Shown here in pieces: positions 1-12,500 of a stretch of DNA of 64,000 nt. The stretch is taken from the NCBI GenBank assembly GCA_951406725.2, contig OX597816.1, positions 75,454,001 through 75,518,000 of the forward strand, given 5' to 3'. Position 1 is the stretch's first letter. Every line of letters begins with the position of its first letter. This DNA comes from Octopus vulgaris. Lineage: Eukaryota. Position numbers and translations under genes: made by a program. Below the pieces are notes generated by a model. It had not been told where the DNA came from and ran no database searches. It was given only the letters and a program-made list of their open reading frames with translations.

Positions 1-426
1 AGTGAGTCATTGCACTGCCACCACCCATACACCCATATTATCACACTGCCTAGCAATGAAAATAAAAGTATAGAATTTTAGTCATAAAAATAGGTATGTC
101 CTTTTTTAAAAGATTGAAAACCAATGTTGTCAATATCACAGCAAATCAGCCATGTGTTACAAGCACATGAAGTTTAAATAGCTTAAAATAGATGACCTAA
201 TTAATCAATCTGACATCTTGAAAAACAAAGGTAAAAAACATTCAATACACAAAATCATTATCTGTTTTGAATTCCTTCAATATATTTGTTTCCATGCTAC
301 CAACAAAGATATCTGAATTTCTTACTGCAGTTATCATCATCAACATTAGCATCACCACCACTCCAACACAGACAACACAAACTGATACCACAATGAGCAC
401 TATCATACAAAATTGGATTTGTCTAC

Positions 427-519
427 CTTTTTGTTAACAGGAATTTCTTCATCAAGCTGAGCCAAGGTTGCCAGGAAATCATCATCATCATGAAATTCGT
501 CTTCAAAAGATTCATCCAC
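427..519 (-). CDS. RFC1: RFC1 exon 6
   Basis: cttttacaag|VDESFEDEFHDDDDFLATLAQLDEEIPVNKK|GTAGAC; 93 nt. Confidence 0.85.
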
Positions 520-3500
520 CTTGTAAAAGATCAAAAAGAAGAAAGATGTTAGAATTTATTTGAAACAATATTACTGAAATATGGAGAATACTAGACTACC
601 CATGACCCGTTGGGTCACCAATAGTTCAAGGTACCTGAAAAAACTGTGTATCTCAGGAATCAGTGGTCCGATTTACATGAAACTTGTGTTATTCTGTTCA
701 TATTTATATTTCAATAGTACCTTATTTTCAAAGCATTTTCCCCATTATATGCTGGTTTGGCTATTTATAAAGGTATCCAAAAAAAACACGTATCTCTGAA
801 ATCCATAGTCTGTTTTATACAAAATTTGTTTTATTCTGTTTGTATTCGCATGAGCATCTGATTCATGATGTCTCCTGCTTTTGTCTCTTCCCTTGTCTTG
901 CTGGGAAACTCCAAGGTCCCCACCGTCCCTCCACCCCTTTCTTTTCTGGAAAAACAGTGGCTCTGGCAGGTTTGGAGGTGAGATACATTGAATCCATAAG
1001 AAAAAAACCTGTGGAAAAAAATTATTTCACACTGAGGTACAAATGGGTCCTTTAAGAAATATTTACCCTTGAAAATAATTTTTAAAAATATTAAAATTTT
1101 GTCTGTTTAAAGAAAGCTAAAATATAAATACTTACTGTACTTGTATTTTTTGAAATCACATTCACTTAAAAATATTTCTAAATGATTAAAATAGAAACAT
1201 TTACTGTAAAAATAACTTGTATTTTTTCATTGAGATGTTAAAGTCACTAAGACTTTTGACCAGGTCATGAAGTTTGTCTTCAAATACAGAAGACATTGAT
1301 CATGTATCTAATCAAAAGTTTTCCTACATTTCAGGGTTATGTTATTTTGGGGTATTTTCCCATTATGTACCATTTTGGGCATTTATGAATACTCCCAAAG
1401 CTGCTTAGTTTCCTGAGAATATCCAACTCATACTTAATATTTGTGTGGATGTGTGTATATATTAAGTCATACACACCACGTACATACATACCTACATACA
1501 CACAAACACACACACACACACATACAAATAGATTGATTATGAGAATGAAGTGGATAAATCATCATCATCATCATCATCGTTTAACGACCGTTTTCCATGC
1601 TGGCATGGGTTGGACGGTTCGACTGAGATCTGGGAAGCCAGAAGGCTGCACCAGGTCCCAATCTGATCTGGCAGAGTTTCTACAGCTGGGTGCCCTTCCT
1701 AACGCCAACCACTCCAAGAGTGTAGTGAGTGCTTTTTACATGCCACCGGCAATACCCTTAAAACCAGGAACTTTTCAGCAATCCTTCGTAGATGTGGGCA
1801 TCAGTAACTGAACACAAAAGTTGCGAAAGCATTTCTGGATATTAGTAAAAGACATATTTCCTTTGTCATTCAGTAAAAGATCAATAACTTATTTAAGACA
1901 TGTTTACAAGTAGAAAATCAACAAACAATAAATAACTTACTTCATTCTTTTCCTTAATAGTTACTTTCCTTTCTGTTCTTTCAACTACAGAAGAACCAAA
2001 GAAATCTGCACTGCTCACTGCTTCTCTTTTTGCTGGAGACTTTGCATTTTTTGATGAAGTTGGTTTCTCATTTTGAGACTGAGGTTTGAAGAAAGTTTTG
2101 ATTGAAGATTTCATTCCATCATCTTCATCTAGAGTTATCAAATTAGAGAATTTTCAATGAAAATAATAGTGGAATCATTTCAGAATAATCACTGACATGG
2201 ATTGGACAGTTTGACAGGAGCTGGTAAGCTGCCTGGACTCCATTTTGTCTGTTTGGCATGTGTTTCTATGGCTGGATGTTCTTTTTAATGCCAATCACTT
2301 TACAGAGTGTACTGGGTGCTCTTAACAACAACTTGTACACTAAATTCCTTGCTATACTCATTGGCAACTTTCACCTTACTCCCTGTACATGACTTTAACA
2401 GCACTCACCAACCATTCATTTATTCCTAGTATCTGCATTGCCCACCAGATATGGAAGCTGGGGACCCAGTCAAAGGCTTTCTCTTTGTCAACAAAAGCCA
2501 AATACAGAGGTTTATTTCTGGCTAAATACATCTTCTGTAGTTGCCCCACCAGGAAGATAGCATCAGTAATGCCTCTTCCTGACACAAAACCAAACTGCAT
2601 CTCATCTAGGTTAACTCTTCCCAATTAATTGAGCTATGACCATTTCTGTAACTTTCATCACCTGGTCCAGCAATTTGATATCTCTGTAATTATTTCTGTT
2701 TAAGGCATCACCTTTACCTTTATAGTAGTGTGTTGTAGCCATTATCTCAGATCCCAATAACTCCAGTATAACTGGCTGTACAAAAGTAATAGAAAATGGA
2801 AGGATTCGTGTCTGTAACATATGACAATATTATAAGATTAGCTCTCAATCCTAAAGTCAAATCTTTCCGTGAGCTTACAGTATGATAGAAGCCCTTTTTA
2901 AAGTTTCTCAGGACTACTCCAGAGTTGATATGAAAATGACTAAGAGAATATGTTTATACTTGATATCAAAAACATGGTAAAAATATGCATTATAACAAGT
3001 AGAGTGGTGTTACTTGGTTTTTACAGAGAGGAACCTGTATCTCAATCTGAATACCTGATTGTAGCTTCTTTATGGCCCTTTATTTATGTAAAGCTTCTGG
3101 AAAAGGGCATAAAAGTTACACATCATCATTTAACATCTGTTGTCCATGCTGACATAGGTTGGATGGTTCAACCAGGGCTGGTAAGCTGGAAGGCTGCACC
3201 AGACTCAGTCAGATTTGGCATGGTTTTCTATGGTTGGATGTCCTTCCTAACACCAACCACTCAGAGTGTAATGGGTGCTATTACATGTCACCGGCATGGG
3301 TGCAGTTTGTGTGACACCAGTATCTGCAACAACTGCGATTTTCTTGGCTTGATGGGTCTTCTTCCTAAGCACGGCATAATGCCAAAGGTCTCGGCCATTG
3401 CCTCCACGAGGCCCAAAACTTTAAAGGAACTCAGCTACTTTGCCTCCTTGCGGCTCCATGCTTGAAAAGAACTCAGCCACTTTGCCTCTGTGAGGACAAA

Positions 3501-6500
3501 TGCTCAAAAGGAACTCAGCCTCTTTGCCTCCATGAGGCCCAACACTCAAAAGGAACACAGCCACTTTGTGTCTGTGTGGCCCAACGCTCAAAAGGTGCCC
3601 TTTACGTGCCACCAGCACAAGTGCTAGTTATGTGACACCAGCATTCACCATGACCCCAATTATCCTTGACTTGATGAGTCTTCTCAATCACAGCATGTTG
3701 CCAACGGTCTCAGTCACTCGTCATTGCCTCTGTGAGGCTCAAAGTTTGAAGATCATGCTTCACCACTTCATCCCATGTCTTTCAGGGTCTATCTCTATCA
3801 CAGTTTCCCTCCACAGTTAGAGATCAGCACTTCTGTCCTCACCTATATGCATCACATGATCACACCTCTCTCCTAAAACTCTTAAACTTCATTTCTAACT
3901 AATTTTTGCCAACTCTCTCAAATAACTCATGCTAGAAGAGTTATAAGGGAGTCACAGAAAAAGAGTAAGAGGAACAGAAAGAGAAAAGTATGCTACTAAA
4001 ACAAAAAATAAAATACAAATCCATAAATAATAACTATTATGAATACTAAAAGAAATTGATTTATACAAAAGTTTTGAGCTTAAAAATACTTAAATAACTT
4101 GCCTGATTCACAGAACATAGGCTGTCTCTTTTTTGGTTTTTTCTCTCTGGGTTTCTTCACTTTAACTTCTTCTTCAGAATCTGAATAAGAAATTATATAT
4201 ATATATATATACGCACACACACACACACTTTCTTGAAAGGCAGAACAAAAGCAACTCAAGAATCAAATTGGATTTTATATGTTAAGCCTAATGACTTTGT
4301 TCATTTTCTTTTCTGAACAAAATTAAAATTTTGAGAAGTTACTTTTTCTAAAGACTAATAAAGGAAGGATTCATCAACATCATCTTTTTTTCCTTCTTCA
4401 CCATTTTAACAACCACTTTTCCATACTAACACAGGTTGGATGGAGATGATTGAGGCAGACTCTCTACAGCTGGATGCCCTTTCTATTTGCCAACCCTAAC
4501 TAATTTCCAAGCAAAATAATGGTCCCACATGGCCAGACATATTAGAGAATATTGGAAATGAATGACAACTTGTCTGACAGTAACATGCATTTACAACTAC
4601 CAAGCAATGTCAAATCAAGGAAACACAAACTCACACATACATATATAGTTGCTCAGGTACCATGCAGTGAGACTGAACCTAAAACCATGCGGCGAGGAAG
4701 CAAACTTCCTTACCACCCAGCTACATGCGCTTAGATTCTTCATATTGATTAGTCTTAGCTTTTCTGTAGTCAGAACACTTTGTAAAGTGACTTTACAAGA
4801 CACTAACAGTGCCATATATGGACAGGTAAAGGAGCTTATCATCATCCTCATTTTAACTACTTTTTCATGCTTGCATTGGTCAGACAGGATTTGTTGAGAC
4901 AGACTTTCTACAGCAAGATGCCCTTCTTGTTGCCAACCCTCACTTGTTTCCATGGAAGATTGGATATGAAAAATACTATTTGTATGATAGTGATGTTGGT
5001 TTACATCTATTGCTCAATGTCAAGACAAGGAGACAAAAAATACACACATACATATACAAAGGACTTCTTTCAATTTTTGTCAACCAAATCCACTCACAAG
5101 GCATTGATCAGCCCAGGGCTATATTAGCAAACACTTGCCCAAAGTTCCATGCAGTAGAACTGAACCTGAAACCATGTGCTTGGGAAGCAAACTACTCATT
5201 ATACAGCCATGCTTGCACCTGGAAGATAGAAACGCTGATGAGGTAAATCAAATCAGATGATCTTTCAGCCTCAGAGATATAACACAGCATCATGGAGAAT
5301 GCCATGATACACTACAATGTCCATTCCATAGCAGTAGGGGGTTGAAAAAGTCACTTTAGATAGTTGACATGTATTTTTGCTTTTGCATTTTTATTAATAA
5401 AACAAAGAGGAAGCTTCTATATTGTTGCAGAATCTGCTAGAAATAACTAAATATTCCTAAAATCATATGGATAGTGGATTCCTAGATACAATATGTCTGA
5501 ATTATAACACTGAGCGGTCAGGTCACTGTTGAAACATCTTTGAGGTTTTACTCAATCAGAGTTGACCTGGGGCTAAACAACAACAACATAAAATAGAATC
5601 TGATGTTAATATTCCATTATTATTTGAATTTTGTTTTTGTTTCTTACCAGAATCAGATATTCTGTAACTGTGTTTCTTCTTCTTTTTCTTTCCTTTTTTG
5701 ATAATTCTTCGAGACACATCATCATCTGATTCTTCTTTCTCCTCTTCACTTGAAATCTAAATCACAAATTTGTACAAAAATTAGGCTCATATAACTAATT
5801 AAAAATTTCAATAACTGAATATCATATATGTGCGTCAGTGAATGAATGAGTAAGAAAAAGAGAACAATTTGGAAGTGGTACTGATGACCTTCCTAAATGA
5901 ATTTAATGACTTAACTAAATCTTTTGCAAGTAGGAACTGAAACTAAGTTAAAGACTTTGCAAAATACTTATAGCTTCATTTCAGTGCCCCAGGCTGACAG
6001 TTTAACCTTTTAGCATTTAAACCATTCCAGTTTGCTGTAAGGTTTACTGTAAGAATTTAAAGATCATCTGAGTTTAAATGTAACAGAATTATGTTGTTTA
6101 AGGAAGACATGTCACAGAATTACCATATTTTCTAGCATCAATGTAGTATATCATCATCATCATCCTCAATATTTAATGTTTGCTTTCTATGCTGGCATGG
6201 GTTGGATGGTTTGACAAGAACTGGCAAAGCAAGGGGCTGCACCAAGTACCATAGTCTGTTTTGGCTTGGTCTCTATGGTTGGATGTCCTTCCTAACATCA
6301 TCCACTTTACAGAGTGTGCTGGGTGCTTTTTACATGGAACCAGCACCCACACCAATACATTTTAGATGGCACCTTGGTTTTAGGATCCCATTTAATCATC
6401 CCTATCTTTCTAGGCAGGGGAATCACTTGGCTCATCCGATAATGAAGAGCAAAGTTATCCAAATGAACTGATGCTAATTGCAGGTCCCAATGAGCATCGA

Positions 6501-9500
6501 CATCTCAGACATACCTTGTACCCCAGGATCCCATCATCCTAGGGATCTGTCCAGTAGAGAGGTGATTATGTGCTGTGTAGGGACCGGCATGTCAGAGAAT
6601 AGATCCAACATTTCTTCTGCATGTTGTAAAAGATAATTAAAAGAAGTTGAGATAGCTAAAAGAGGTTGAGATGGGATTTGCACTCACCAGCAACAACTAC
6701 CCAAACAGATCCACGGGTTGAAGGGTTGTCACCTGAGTGGAGCAAAGGTGTCATTTGCCAGGGGTAGGGAATCACTAACAAATGGTGGCTACAGTAACAC
6801 AGTTACAGTGTATGCCCCCATGCTACTGCTACTACTACTATTTTTCCAAATCCAGCTGCATTTCACATTTTTGGTCTTCCAAAGTTATCTTGGTGTGTAA
6901 GTTGACCAACCTTTTTTTTGGGCTGCAAATTTTGGTTTGAAAAATTCAACTTGTATGCCAGAAAATTTGGTGTAGAGAACCAGGTTAGGCAAAATCTTTA
7001 AATGCAGTTTTTCATACAAAAGAATCCACAGGTGTTTGAAAGACACAAAGATGAAGAAATAGTTTTTAGGTTGAATTGCCAGACCAATTCAAAGACATTG
7101 CAAAGATGTTGGAGTGAGAGAGTCTTGCAAACTTTCTCATATATGAAACTGGCAGCGCAACACAGATCAAAGGGTTAACATGTTGGCTAGTCACATACAT
7201 GCTGATAGCTTTTTACAAATGTATGCCTTGATGTGCCTTTGTTGTTGCAAGGATTCTGGATGACATTTTGAGTTTTTTATAAAACTGATATTCTTGTGAA
7301 AAATGTATGACATTTTTGCAGTTTTGGCCGCTTTATTTCTCTTCAAATAACTTACATGCCTTCAGCTTAGGCACATATATTACACACACACAAACACACT
7401 TTGCTTAAGCATAGCAAGACTAATAACCTAGTGCAGAACTCAATATACATATGCTTCAGAATAAAGCATTAGTTGAGTACAGAGTGGTCATAAGAAAATG
7501 AGATGACAAAGGAATAAACAGTTATCTTATGAACTTCATGCTTTTTTCCTATAGGTATGCATAAATGTAATTCTTTTCCTAAATAAATTGTATTTCATAT
7601 TCAAGGCTCTGATAAAGCAATACAGCATTACTCAAGAACTCAACTTGAGTCCACTACACCTTATAGCTGAAACAGCTGTAAGCTAATGAAGTTCATATGA
7701 TAATTGTTTATTCCTTTGTTATCTTATTTCGTTATATATGTACATATATAAAGATATATGCTAAAGCTAAAATATATGAATTTTTAAAAATACAAGGGTA
7801 TATGTATAAAATTTCTTTCAAAAGAGGAAATAGAGGAGAAATAAATTGAAAGGGAAAAAAAGGGATATAAATAACTTTAGAAAACTGAGGTAGTTTATTA
7901 AGAGTATATCTTTAAAAGAAAGAACTAGATTAAAAGTGAAAATAATGGATTAGCAAGTAATGTGAAAATGAAAAAAAGGTTTTTTTCATTTAGAGTTAAT
8001 GAGTATGTGAAATATTTTTACCTTAATATTTTTCTTCTTATCTTTCTTCTTGGAGGTTTTCTTTAAAGGTGAAGAATCACTGTCAACATCGCTATCAACA
8101 TACATTACCATTTCCTCTTTACCAATTCTTGCTGATTTCTCCTTTGATGCCACCCTTGACTTTTTTTTGCCAGCTTCCTCCTGACTTTTATTCAACTTCT
8201 CTTTCTTTTTTTCCATAGTTTTCTCCTTATCATTCTTGCTAACAGACTTTTTGTCCTTGTCTTTTTTGCTAATAGATTTTTTGTCATGTTCTCTGGAGTT
8301 GTCCATCTGCTTTGGAGAGGTCTTCATTTTCTTAACGTCAAAATCGTCATCGCTATCACTGAAATACCTCCGTTTTTTCCCAGACACTTTGCCAATATCT
8401 TCTGACTGCTTTTTCTCAGTCTTTTTCTTGCTGGTTTCTTTCTTATTATCCACATTTTTTTCTTGATGTGAAGATTTGTTTGTGCTATTTTCATCAGCTC
8501 TAGAACCTTTACCATTGTATTTTTCTTTCTTCTTCACCTGCTCTGGTGTAGTTGCAGCAAGTTTCTTTCCTCCCAATACATTTTCATTAACACGTTTTTC
8601 AACTGAGTGATTGCTGGCATTTAGCTTCTTTCCAGGTTTCTCTCGCTTATCAATGTTGTTGTTCTCCTCTAAGATAATAAGATCCTTTGGAGATTTATTA
8701 CTTTTCAAACCATCTGATTTAGTAGGAATTAACTCTTTGGGTTTATTTGGTGTAGAAGTTACCTTTTTAGCTGAACTTCCAATAGATCCAAAATAATTTC
8801 TGATATCCTAGAGAAAAACAGAAATTAAATAAAACTTTTCAGTTTATTTTATTCAAATACATAAAGAGAGTCATAATAAAATAGTGATTTCTTTTATCTA
8901 TGCATACAGGTACAGGTGTGACTGTGCAGCAATAAGATTTTTTATCAATCACATGGTTCTGGGTTCAGTCCCACAGCATGGCACCGGTGGGACTGAACCC
9001 AGGCCAACCAAAGTCTTGTGAATGGATTTGGTAGATGGAAACTGTGTCTTTGTGTTAGTGTTTGTCCCTCACCATCACTTGACAACCATTGTTAGTTTGT
9101 TAACATTCCTGTAACTTAGTGGTTTGGCAAAAGAGACTGATAGAATAAGTACCAGGCTTAAAAGAAACAATACTCGGGGTAAGTTTGACTAAAAACCTTC
9201 AAAGTGGTGACCCAGCATGGCTGTAGTTCAATGACTGAAACAAGTAAATGATAAAAGCTTAAACTGTTTTCACATGGGAGGGATACAATTAGTAAATTGG
9301 TATCTCAATGTGAAGGCATGTGGCTAAGTGGTTAGGGTATTCAGCTCAAGATTGTAAGGTCGTAAGTTTGACACTTGGCAGTGTGTTGTATCCTTGACCA
9401 GAGCAATACTTGTGTTTCTGTGGAGTACTCAGCTACTGGCACATTAATTTCACAAGCAGGCTGTTCTGTTGATCAGATCAACTGGAATCCTCATTATCAT

Positions 9501-12500
9501 AACCAACAGAGTGCTAGTATCTCAAAGTATTGTTTGCACTTATTTTTATCAAACTAGTGTCATCTGGTAAAACTGATTCCAAAAGAATCCATACAAAACA
9601 GTGAAGCATCACACAGCCATATGTTCTGATTCAAATCCAATGATTATGATATTTTTTTGGCCTAAAATCTCCTAAGACTAGCTCCCATATCAACCTTACA
9701 GCTTCATCAAAGACACCACATACAGTTATTGATATGGGTATATTAATATAATAGCCTCTTCCTTTACTGACATCATCCTACTCTTTTCAAAACTACAACT
9801 CGATTTCTATCTTTTACTATGTTCTTTGTTTGAGTATCCCCACGTATCCACCCTGTGCATTAAAACCTGTTTTTTTTACTAGTTTGCAGTCATGATGGAG
9901 CACTGCTTTCAAAGGTTTAGCTCAGGCATGGGCAACCTTACCCAAGAAGCAGGCCACATGAGATATGATTCACCATCAGACAGGCCACACTACTAAAATA
10001 ATTCAAGGTAATTTTTTTATTAGTTATGCAAGTCAAGAAGTTTCATGAGTCACAATTTAGCCATGACTGGTTTAGTCACTCAGATGGACCACAGTATATA
10101 TTTCTATCTGGTACTCATTTTATTAATCTTTAATTTTCAAAGGACTAAGCTATGAGATGGCTGCCATCACTATCATTTATTGTCTATTTTCTGTGTTGGC
10201 ATGGGTAGAATGATTTGGTAGATACTAGCAAGTCAGAAAATTGCATCAAGCTCTGCTGTCTGTTATGGCATGGTTTTCTAAGGCTGGATACCCTTCCTAA
10301 CACCAACCACTTTAGAATGTACTGGGTGCTTTTCATGTGGTACCAGCGGCAGTGAGGTCATCAAGTAACTTGCAGGACAAGACTACTGAGGAGGATGAGT
10401 AAAGATGTCCTACATAAATGCTGGCACAGACAGACACACACATATATGTATACATCATCATTGTCATTTAATGCCCATTTTCCATGCTGACATGGGTTGG
10501 ACGGTTTGACTGAGGTCTAGAGAACCAGATGGCAGCACCAGGCTCCAATCTGATCTGGCAATGTTTCTACAGTTGGATGCCCTTCCTAACGTCAACCACT
10601 CCAAGAGTGTAGTGGATGCTTTTTATGTGCCACCAACACAGGAGCCAGTCAGGTGGGCTTGGCATTGATCACGTTCAGATGATGCATTTGGGGCACTGGC
10701 CACAGCTATGAATTTGGTTTTATACATATATATATGCACATACACAAATAAACTATGGTTTAGTTTGCGTATATACTGTTGTGAAATATTTTGATTTTTA
10801 ATGTATTAATCGAATTATATTTCATATATAATTAATGACAATATGTATTTTGAATCCACTCTTCAATTTAAGGTTTTTCCTCAATTTTTTTTATAATAGG
10901 ATGAATTTATATTGAATTCATTGACTTTGTTTATCGCATGTTGGTTTGCTTGCTCGTCACCGCTCAACTCATGGACGCAAGCAAATATTTCTTTACCGAA
11001 TCGTTACTGGCGACGAAAAATGGTGCCTATACATCAATATGAAGCAGTGTAAGGAATGACTTAGCCTCGGTAAACAAGTGACACCACGCATGAAACAAAA
11101 TCTTCATCCACGTAAAATGATGTTGTGCATATGGTGGGACTGGGAAGGGATTATCCATTATGAATTGCTTTAACGGAACAAAACAGTCAACGCGGAACTC
11201 TATGTTCAACAGATGGAATGACTCAACACGGCTATTCAAGAGAAAAGACCTAATCGGCAGCATGGAGTTCTTCTGCTGCACGACAATGCCCACTCTCATA
11301 TCGCCAATATGACTAAAGAAGCCTTCAAACATATGGCTGGGAAGTGCTGCCACACCCGCTGTACTCTCCTGATTTGACACCAACGGATTTCCACCTCTTT
11401 CAAATGCTATGTGTGGAGTTTCATTCAATACAGATGCAGAAGTGAGAGCTTGGTTTGATCAATTTTTCGAGTCGAAATCGGGTGATTTTTACCAATGGGG
11501 TATTGAAAATCTTGTTGAATGTTGGAAAAAAGTTGCAAACAACAAGGGTGAATACATTATTGATTAATTAGTTGTTATTTTTTATTAAACCTTTTAAAAA
11601 ATTTTAATTTAAAAAAAACAGCAAGAACTTAGTTGCCAACCTAATATTTGTCCATTTAACTAAATGAATGCTATGAAACTGAATTTCAATTGAAGCAATT
11701 TTTTTCTTCATTTAAATGCATTGCTTCTAAGACATGTAAAATTGGCTCTTTGAAATGCTGCAAAATATTCTTTACTGAAAAACATTTGATATTCCTCAGT
11801 ATATTAATGTTTCCTGGCAAACATTGAGCTCTTTATAAAGGTAGAGTAAAAATTGTTGTGCTCTTTTTGCAAATATTATTTTCTTCGGTGGCTGTTATAG
11901 TCTTCTTGATAATCATTTCTGCTATCTTTCTCTCGAACCTGTAGCCTAAATTTGGTTTAGAATCCAGAAATTTTTCAATAGAAGCATCCAGATCAAGAGG
12001 ATCAATTTTACGTGTTGGCAACACTATCATATTAGCAACAGATTTGATCAAATTTGAAAGATCTTCAAGTAATTTTGTTTTGTCGACTGTTTGATTCAAA
12101 CAGTTTATTCACTTCCTGAACATGTTTTAAAATTGGATGCAAAAATAAAAGGTAAAATCCATTCCTAGAATCACAAAATATTCCATGTAACGTTTGTGCT
12201 GTAAAGCATTTTTCTTTTTAGTTGTAGTTTGGAAGTGAGTTTGCAATTCAAACCATTGGCTTTAAATTCTATTTACCGGTGGTTCTATTGACAACCACCT
12301 AGTTGTAAAAGAATTCATGATCTTCAAAGGCTCTTTATCATTGATAGCAAGGTAAAGTTGTTTGTAGGCACTTTGTCTTGTTGAAGAATGAGAGGACCAT
12401 TTACAGGTTTCGGATACTAAAAATTCTAAATATATGGGCAAGCATTCAGCAGAAGTGTGGGATACTGCCAACTGTAAAGAATGACATACACATCTAAATA

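Noticed and set aside
760-1008. Extra RFC1 exon after the acceptor-like ttttttccacag (minus strand)
   Set aside because: Reads into a stop with no good donor and no RFC1 similarity; the flanking exons already join in frame.
3400-3600. CRISPR-like array
   Set aside because: Contiguous degenerate tandem units without unique spacers, in eukaryotic LINE context, with no cas genes.
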